A DNA stretch of 32,000 nt, from the NCBI GenBank assembly GCA_000503915.1, contig CP006915.1, positions 120,001 to 152,000 on the forward strand. Direction: 5' to 3'. Both the position numbers and the translations under genes were made by a program. The stretch's first letter is position 1; the number at the start of each line of letters is the position of its first letter. Under the pieces are notes generated by a model. That model made no database searches. It was given only the letters and a program-made list of their open reading frames with translations, and was not told the DNA's origin. The stretch comes from Candidatus Saccharimonadota bacterium. GTDB taxonomy: Bacteria; Patescibacteriota; Saccharimonadia; Saccharimonadales; Saccharimonadaceae. Shown here piece by piece: positions 16,369-22,205 of this stretch.

Positions 16369-16926
16369 ATGGTCACAAAAGACTCAAAACATTCAGGTGG
16401 TCAGGGCTTAGCTACGGCATCACTAACGTTAGGCATCATATCAATACCGCTACTAGGAGTAGGTGCAATTCTTGGTATTCTGGCGATTATCTTTGGGGCT
16501 GTATCATTGCGACAGAACCAAGGTCGTAAAAAATCCGTAGCCGGTATTATTACAGGAAGTATTGGTATTCTGATTGCCATCCTCTTACTGGTCGTATATC
16601 TTGCAGTTCCATCGTTACAAGCAAACAATAACGACACAGCACGTAAAGCAGACGTTACGAATTTAACAAGCGATGTGATTGACTACCAAGCAAACAATAG
16701 AGGCAAGATGCCTAGTAAGTACGAGCTATCGAAAGCTAAGTTAGTTCAAGTTTCAGACATTAAACAGGCTGCTTATGATGGCTACGGGTATGACGGTAAC
16801 CCTAAGCCTACGCTAGATACAGCAGTCTATACAATTGGCGAAAATTGTAACGGCGAGAAAGCAAATCGTAACTTCTCCATAACAGTCCTACTAGAGAACA
16901 ATACGGTATATTGCGTAGGTTCTTAG
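16369..16926 (+). CDS. membrane-anchored pilin-like protein (DUF4190-type double-TM N-terminus fused to a pilin-like globular region, no prepilin signal)
   Basis: N-terminus GLATASLTLGIISIPLLGVGAILGILAIIFGAVSL plus a second TM. Then SLQANNNDTARKADVTNLTSDVIDYQANNRGKMP aligns by eye with the post-helix region of the resident pilins (GIQARARDAQRKNDIAIITKAMELYYIDNGSYP). The G|FTxxE cleavage/methylation motif is absent. Confidence 0.8.
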   Translation: MVTKDSKHSGGQGLATASLTLGIISIPLLGVGAILGILAIIFGAVSLRQNQGRKKSVAGIITGSIGILIAILLLVVYLAVPSLQANNNDTARKADVTNLTSDVIDYQANNRGKMPSKYELSKAKLVQVSDIKQAAYDGYGYDGNPKPTLDTAVYTIGENCNGEKANRNFSITVLLENNTVYCVGS

Positions 16927-16992
16927 ACGCTATATAAGCTATAGCTGTACATAACCAAAAACTGCTAGAAACCCGCCGATTTACAGGGGTAT

Positions 16993-17099
16993 AAGGTATG
17001 GATTTTTCATTTCTGCTTATTGTACGCTTATGGTACAAAGTAGTGCCCCACTGAACAGAGCTTGAACTGTAGGCTTGGCTATCCCTACCACACCCCACC
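16993..17099. repeat. copy A of a ~108-nt island repeat
   Basis: AAGGTATGGATTTTTC...AAAGTAGT...TAGGCTTGGCTATCCCTACCACACCCCACC. The ends and central block are shared with copy B. The internal hairpins differ in sequence but are retained. Confidence 0.8.
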
Positions 17100-17143
17100 A
17101 ATGTGTAGTTCTATATCTGCATAAACGTTATAATTACAATAAT

Positions 17144-18571
17144 ATGGCGCAAGAGACAATATTTTATTCATGGCAATCCGACAACTCGAAGACTCGAAGT
17201 TACGTAGAGCGTGCCCTAAAGAAAGCCGTAGAGAGCATTGCAGATGACCCTAGCATCGAATCAGCACCTCGCATAGACAAAGATACACAGGATGTCGCAG
17301 GAGCGGTTCACATTGTTGATACTATAAAAAAGAAGATTGATGAGTGCGGCATATTTCTTGCAGACGTATCGCTTGTTGATAAAGCAGCTTCTGGTCGAGC
17401 CATCGTCAATCAAAATGTAATGTTTGAACTTGGTTACGCTATCGGCAAGCATAGCGAGTCTAGAGTCATTATGGTGGCTAACGCAGACCTGGGTGATGTA
17501 AAGAACCTTCCTTTTGACATCTCACACCATAGAGTCATTCAATTCTCTCCATCCGCCGACCCTAAAGCAACAAAACTCCAGGCTTCACTAGAATCTGCTA
17601 TCAATATTCATCTGCAAGCATTAGCCGTACAAAACAAAGAATCATTGGTGACTTCGGAAAAGGAAAAGCTACTTACTGCTATAGATAATGGCAAGCCAAC
17701 TAGAACTCTCGCAAAGAAGTATTTTGAGACTGCGTATAGTCAGTATCTAGGTTTATCCCCAGGTAGGTATAAGGACGGCAACCACCAGCATTACGCCTCC
17801 GAGGTCTTCGAGGCATATGAGAAGACGAAACATATTGCACTAGAGCTACACGAAGTATTTGAGGTAGCAGCAGAACACAAAAAGGAAGATGTCTTACTGC
17901 AAGCATATAAATCTATTCAAATTGTTTCACAGTACTATGACGTTATGCCCGAGGATGGTGGACAGCTAAGTGAAGTATCGAAGGATTATTACATCCTCGT
18001 AGTTAATGAAATCGTCTCACTGTTAATGGGTAGTATTAGCCATGAAAAGCTCTGGGGACTCATGCAAGAAATAGCATCTACAAAGCTAAGCAGAGCGGAC
18101 ATGTACGAAGAAACAAGAACCTTAGACAGGTTATACGGGCATCCTCAAAACCTTCTCAACTACTACAAAGAGCTAAAGAGCGTAAACTATGTGATTCCCA
18201 TGACTCCACTCATTGCAGAACGTTTCTCCGATAGTCAGGATGTTCTTCAAGCCTACATAGACGGAAGTATGCTGCGTTACTTCCTTGTAGGCAGCTACCC
18301 GTGGATTGTAGGCTTGCTATTAGGGAACTCTTGGACAAAGCATATCCCCGAATTCTTCGCCGAGTTTAAGAAGGTATCATTCGTTAATGCGATGATGAAA
18401 GTTACAGGCGAAAAAACAGTAGATGAATTCCGTTCAAACATATGGAAACAGGCATCTGCCGACCTTGCGAACTGGAGCTACCCCAATGACAATCTGCTGC
18501 CAGCACTTAAGTTTGTGGGCATAGAGACAGAGGGTGACATAGCCAAAAACCAGCAAGTAATTTCGGTATAA
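17144..18571 (+). CDS. TIR-like / nucleoside 2-deoxyribosyltransferase-like N-terminal domain protein with a ~300-aa helical C-terminal domain of unknown function
   Basis: N-terminus IFYSWQSDNSKTR...IFLADVSLV...NQNVMFELGYAIGK...RVIMV resembles the TIR-like fold of COG4271/Cap12-type proteins, recalled from memory. TATAAT at 17129-17134 is 9 nt from the ATG (near-leaderless). Confidence 0.7.
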   Translation: MAQETIFYSWQSDNSKTRSYVERALKKAVESIADDPSIESAPRIDKDTQDVAGAVHIVDTIKKKIDECGIFLADVSLVDKAASGRAIVNQNVMFELGYAIGKHSESRVIMVANADLGDVKNLPFDISHHRVIQFSPSADPKATKLQASLESAINIHLQALAVQNKESLVTSEKEKLLTAIDNGKPTRTLAKKYFETAYSQYLGLSPGRYKDGNHQHYASEVFEAYEKTKHIALELHEVFEVAAEHKKEDVLLQAYKSIQIVSQYYDVMPEDGGQLSEVSKDYYILVVNEIVSLLMGSISHEKLWGLMQEIASTKLSRADMYEETRTLDRLYGHPQNLLNYYKELKSVNYVIPMTPLIAERFSDSQDVLQAYIDGSMLRYFLVGSYPWIVGLLLGNSWTKHIPEFFAEFKKVSFVNAMMKVTGEKTVDEFRSNIWKQASADLANWSYPNDNLLPALKFVGIETEGDIAKNQQVISV

Positions 18572-18582
18572 GTATTGAGAAA

Positions 18583-19299
18583 ATGAAGCCTCATAAAAAT
18601 ATTGGGCTACATCCGACTAATGCACTTAAGATAGCATTAAAGCTCTTCGATAATAAGCAAACCACTAAGGAAAAAATTAGTCTACTCTTGAACAATCGCT
18701 CTGTCAGTAATCTAGAGTCGGTTGATACACCTAAAGATTTTGCGAGCGGTAAAACGATTGATATTAATGCTGGTGAATTACTTGGTATAGGTAGTGTTGC
18801 GGCGTATTACAACTGGATGAGTGAAGAGGCTGGAACAGGCAATACGTATCAAGCAGTGGTTGGTATTGAGGATGCTGGAAAAAACCAAATCGAAAGTCAG
18901 CTTTCGGATGGGGCAATATATCACGACCAAGTCAATGGAAAAATTCTGGCTCAGCAAGTAATGACCCAAGGCTACTATCCTGATAAATGGATAACTAGCC
19001 AAGATGTTATTGATGCAGTAAAAAAGAAGTGTGCAGAACGACACAAGTATCACGAGAATTGCATTCTGATTGTTAATGTCTTCGGAGACAAGGTTAATGT
19101 TGACCGCAAAGTAATCTATGACGAGATAAGCAAGCTCTCTGAACCGTTTAGCGATACATACATGGTAGTTTACGGCTTGCCATCGCTGAAAATGGCACAC
19201 GTCAGTTTTATAAGTGAACCACCTGATACGCGTGGGTTAGCTCTCAAGCTGGAGCGGCACGAATACGAAGACATCTGGCATTTCAACAAGATGGACTAA
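18583..19299 (+). CDS. hypothetical protein (238 aa), partner of the TIR-like gene
   Basis: Starts 11 nt after the previous stop. No motif recognised. Confidence 0.65.
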   Translation: MKPHKNIGLHPTNALKIALKLFDNKQTTKEKISLLLNNRSVSNLESVDTPKDFASGKTIDINAGELLGIGSVAAYYNWMSEEAGTGNTYQAVVGIEDAGKNQIESQLSDGAIYHDQVNGKILAQQVMTQGYYPDKWITSQDVIDAVKKKCAERHKYHENCILIVNVFGDKVNVDRKVIYDEISKLSEPFSDTYMVVYGLPSLKMAHVSFISEPPDTRGLALKLERHEYEDIWHFNKMD

Positions 19300-19407
19300 A
19301 GGTATGGAGTTTTCGTTTTTCGTTTATTGCGTACAAACGGCATAAAGTAGTACTACCTCTAATAATACTTATACTACTAGGCTTGTCCGACCCTACCACA
19401 CCCCACC
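19299..19407. repeat. copy B of the ~108-nt island repeat
   Basis: AAGGTATGGAGTTTTCG...AAAGTAGT...TAGGCTTGTCCGACCCTACCACACCCCACC. Begins on the stop codon of the 238-aa gene. Confidence 0.8.
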
Positions 19408-19458
19408 TAAAGCTAATAAACCTATATATTTAGGTTCAACATATTTCTCGTTAATTAA

Positions 19459-19662
19459 CTATTTAGATTTCTCTATACCTAGTTCTTTGAATGTAGGTCG
19501 TTTTTGGCGTTTACGCTGAGGTGCATTTAGTATCATCTCACGTCTTTCAACGCTCTTCTTAACCTTACTAACACTACCTGCAACAGGTGTACTAAACGTC
19601 CTATCGTCCCAGTTAGATGTATCTGTAGGTGATTCTTGAGGTGGTAGTTTTGTATCACTCAT
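19459..19662 (-). CDS. small basic hypothetical protein (67 aa)
   Basis: ORF with a lysine/arginine-rich C-terminus (KVKKSVERREMILNAPQRKRQKRPTFKELGIEKSK). Followed on the minus strand by hairpin AACCTA-N6-TAGGTT. Confidence 0.5.
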   Translation of the reverse strand: MSDTKLPPQESPTDTSNWDDRTFSTPVAGSVSKVKKSVERREMILNAPQRKRQKRPTFKELGIEKSK

Positions 19663-19830
19663 TAACTCTACTATAGCAAAAACTCCATACTAGAAGCACG
19701 TTCAGACTGTACAAGGTTATCAAGCCGTGAGTTTAATGACTCTAGCCCATTCTTTACGCTACCGAAGTTAACTAGCAGGGTATGCAGGCTTGTGAGTATA
19801 GGTTCGTTTGAGGACGCAGTACGCCGACCA

Positions 19831-19866
19831 TATAAAATAAGATGCTAGATGGCATCTTATTTTATA
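19831..19866. terminator. bidirectional rho-independent terminator
   Basis: Perfect 15-bp stem TATAAAATAAGATGC (19831-19845) / GCATCTTATTTTATA (19852-19866) with a 6-nt loop. A/T runs on both sides. Lies just downstream of the minus-strand pilin gene. Confidence 0.8.
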
Positions 19867-19886
19867 TTACTGATTTCTGGTTGTTT

Positions 19887-20342
19887 TTAACCACCGACAA
19901 CAAAATCATATCCCCAGGCTGTTGGTCCATAAGGCGTGTTGGCACACAGAGTAGCACCAGAACTTGACCAGGTAATAGACACTTCACTCGCACCCTGACC
20001 TGAGACATATTTGTATTGTTTGCCGTATTGCTGTACGAGTAAAGCATAGCCTGTGCCTGAAGCCGCGCATAATATCACGTTACTCCCTACTGGGCTAAAA
20101 GAGAAGCGGGCTCCCATCGTGGCCGCTTGCGGCCAACTAGTTGGATACGTTCCGTTTTCAGCATTGTACAATTCAAGTTTTTTTGAGACGTTAGACAAGT
20201 CACTTTGCATCGATGCATCCCTAGCTCGTTGCTGGATACCGTTGTATGCAACAACAGTAATAGCCGCTAAAACAGCGATCACTACGATTACTATCAGGAG
20301 TTCAACAATCGTAAAACCTGTGTGCTTTTTTATAACACTCAT
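19887..20342 (-). CDS. type IV pilin (prepilin-type N-terminal cleavage/methylation domain)
   Basis: MSVIKKHTG then FTIVELLIVIVVIAVLAAITVVAYNGIQQRARD. Confidence 0.85.
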   Translation of the reverse strand: MSVIKKHTGFTIVELLIVIVVIAVLAAITVVAYNGIQQRARDASMQSDLSNVSKKLELYNAENGTYPTSWPQAATMGARFSFSPVGSNVILCAASGTGYALLVQQYGKQYKYVSGQGASEVSITWSSSGATLCANTPYGPTAWGYDFVVGG

Positions 20343-20373
20343 GGCTATATTTTAGCAGGTATAGCCCTGAAAT

Positions 20374-20994
20374 TTACGCTATTGTGTTTGCCAGCTCTTC
20401 TTTGACACTTGTCAGGCTTGCTTTATATCCCGCCTGGTCGTCGAGAAAGTCGGCATAGTGCGGCAGCGAGGGAAAGAGCGAGATGACCCGCTCTGGCTGA
20501 AGCCACTCCGGCCGGCCGATGCCATACCAAGCATGAATGCTTGAGTAAGGATGAGCCTGCCAGTCTTTTGGATCGAGATGGATATAGCGGCTGACAAGTC
20601 GCACCTGTTCATCATCAGATAAGCGCGAGGCTCGGTACGTACCTTCAAGCAGTGCACCGGACAAGCCGTATCGTTTATTAAAATAACGGCTATAGCTTGC
20701 TAGTACACTCCGCATCAGCTGCGTCATCCCACCTTCGTCTGCCTGATAAACAAGCAGATGAAAATGGTTTGGCATCAGACAGTAGCTAAGGAGTTCTACC
20801 TGCCCACGTAGATGAGGATAGGGGTGATGATTGCGGTCATATTGCCGCATCAGCGAGAGACTGCGACTAAAAAGCGTGAGAAACATCTCAAAATCGGCTT
20901 CATCTCGATAAATTTTCTGACGACCGCGACCGCGAGCATATACGTGGTAAATACTGTCAGTGATATCTATTTTGAGAACATTTCTCGAGGGCAT
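20374..20994 (-). CDS. IS200-like Y1 (HUH) transposase family protein, RayT/COG1943-like
   Basis: HUH motif YCLMPNHFHLLVYQ. Candidate catalytic Tyr in RYIHLDP. Single gene with no tnpB. Different short hairpins lie on each flank (20343-20366; 21027-21055). Confidence 0.8.
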   Translation of the reverse strand: MPSRNVLKIDITDSIYHVYARGRGRQKIYRDEADFEMFLTLFSRSLSLMRQYDRNHHPYPHLRGQVELLSYCLMPNHFHLLVYQADEGGMTQLMRSVLASYSRYFNKRYGLSGALLEGTYRASRLSDDEQVRLVSRYIHLDPKDWQAHPYSSIHAWYGIGRPEWLQPERVISLFPSLPHYADFLDDQAGYKASLTSVKEELANTIA

Positions 20995-21102
20995 ATATGT
21001 ATTATATAATAATCCAATAAAATAAGAGGTCTAACCTTTTGGCATACCTCTTCATTGTAATCTCAATGTAAACATCCTGTTATTGTTCGGATCATTGGAG
21101 TT

Positions 21103-21131
21103 GGGGGTGGTGGCCATTGACCACCACCCCC
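21103..21131 (-). terminator. GC-rich hairpin downstream of the glycerophosphodiesterase gene
   Basis: GGGGGTGGTGG (21103-21113) pairs with CCACCACCCCC (21121-21131) over a 7-nt loop. There is no U tract on the minus strand, so terminator function is uncertain. Confidence 0.45.
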
Positions 21132-21157
21132 ATTTTCCTTGCACCCCTCCCGAAGGT

Positions 21158-22018
21158 TCAGACCGCATTACACCAGCGCTTGTACGCCGGCAGGCGATTG
21201 GTGACGATCTGCCAGACGCCAGCATTGATCTCGCGCTTCCAGGTGCTGGGGTTGTCACCCTCACCAACAGGGGTCGAGCGCACCGATACATCGATGCCGC
21301 GCGCGTGCGCCGCCTTGATGTAGGTGGCGTAGCCAGCGTACTTGCGGAACGCGGCCCTGTAGAGCACGTTGGCCTGGTGGATCTTCTTGCCGAACTTGGC
21401 AAGCGGCGGCAGATCTTCAGAGAAGCCGATCCACTCCAGGCGCATGCCCGGAGCGAGCTTGGCCATCTTCAACAGAATCCAGCGCGACGATGAAGCCCAA
21501 GCGATCCGATCTTCCAGATCAGCCGCGATGACCTTCTCCGCCAGCGCCTTGAGCTCGCTGGGTTTCCAGCCGAAGTCCTTGAGTTCCCACTGGCCGTCGA
21601 TTGCCTTGTGGTTCTTCATGAACTGGATCAGCTGGTCGTCGTACGGCACTGGGTAGCCATGTGTCGTGCGTAAACCACGGAGTTGCTTGTCCGTCATCTT
21701 GCCGACGACGCCGTGACCGCGGGTCGTGCGATCGACCGTCCGGTCGTGCATGTCCCAGGCCGTACCGCTCACGGAGGGCTGCAGGTCAGTTTCGAAGACC
21801 TCAGCCTTCGCCTGAGCGGCGACGCGAAGTGCCTTGAGCGTGTTCTCATCGATCCCAGGACCGATGACGCCCCTGTGCGCAACGATGCGCATGTCGTGGC
21901 AACTGTGCCACAGTCGTGAGCGATCCGGCTTAGCCGTCGCTCCGCTCGTAGCGATAGTCGTGAAGCAAAGCATCACCACCGTCGCCATCACCAGCCATAT
22001 CCGGCTGAACCTGTTCAT
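21158..22018 (-). CDS. secreted glycerophosphodiester phosphodiesterase (GDPD) family protein
   Basis: Signal-like N-terminus MNRFSRIWLVMATVVMLCFTTIATSGATA. GDPD motifs IVAHRG, DENTLKAL, FETDLQ and WDMHD. GAAGGAGGG RBS lies 4 nt upstream of ATG 22018, inside track ORF 21158..22078. Confidence 0.85.
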   Translation of the reverse strand: MNRFSRIWLVMATVVMLCFTTIATSGATAKPDRSRLWHSCHDMRIVAHRGVIGPGIDENTLKALRVAAQAKAEVFETDLQPSVSGTAWDMHDRTVDRTTRGHGVVGKMTDKQLRGLRTTHGYPVPYDDQLIQFMKNHKAIDGQWELKDFGWKPSELKALAEKVIAADLEDRIAWASSSRWILLKMAKLAPGMRLEWIGFSEDLPPLAKFGKKIHQANVLYRAAFRKYAGYATYIKAAHARGIDVSVRSTPVGEGDNPSTWKREINAGVWQIVTNRLPAYKRWCNAV

Positions 22019-22205
22019 TGTCCCTCCTTCGGGGGGTGCTTGGATGTAAATATGCTCACTGATAAACCTGTCCGGCAATCAGCGGCTTGGACAAATAATA
22101 ACATAAAAGTATGTTTTTGTCACTAGTTTTTTTATTCCCTATCCTGTCGGAGCTAGAAAAGACGAGTAATGCTATAATAGTTGTACGTAACGCACAAAAA
22201 ACAAC

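Larger units (their letters stand above)
8570..19830. mobile_element. ~11.3-kb low-GC integrative island at tRNA-Pro (serine recombinase plus excisionase-type HTH plus defence-like cargo)
   Basis: The recombinase gene abuts and overlaps the tRNA 3' end. CCGACCA at 8563-8569 recurs at 19824-19830. Composition drops inside: hand counts of sample 60-nt lines give about 42% GC inside and about 53-60% in flanking core genes. The cargo is unrelated to housekeeping functions. Confidence 0.7.

Noticed and set aside
16993-17099. The ~108-nt repeats as tRNA-like genes or displaced tRNA-Pro 3' ends (they end in CACCCCACCA)
   Set aside because: No cloverleaf or acceptor/T minihelix can be folded on either strand. 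Similarity to tRNA-Pro is limited to a 9-mer on the opposite strand.
21052-22049. Multiple overlapping ORFs on both strands (for example 21083-21493 +, 21369-21656 +, 21683-21919 +, 21052-21402 -)
   Set aside because: They are explained by the scarcity of stop codons in high-GC DNA. Only the minus-strand GDPD frame has recognisable motifs, an RBS and a signal peptide.
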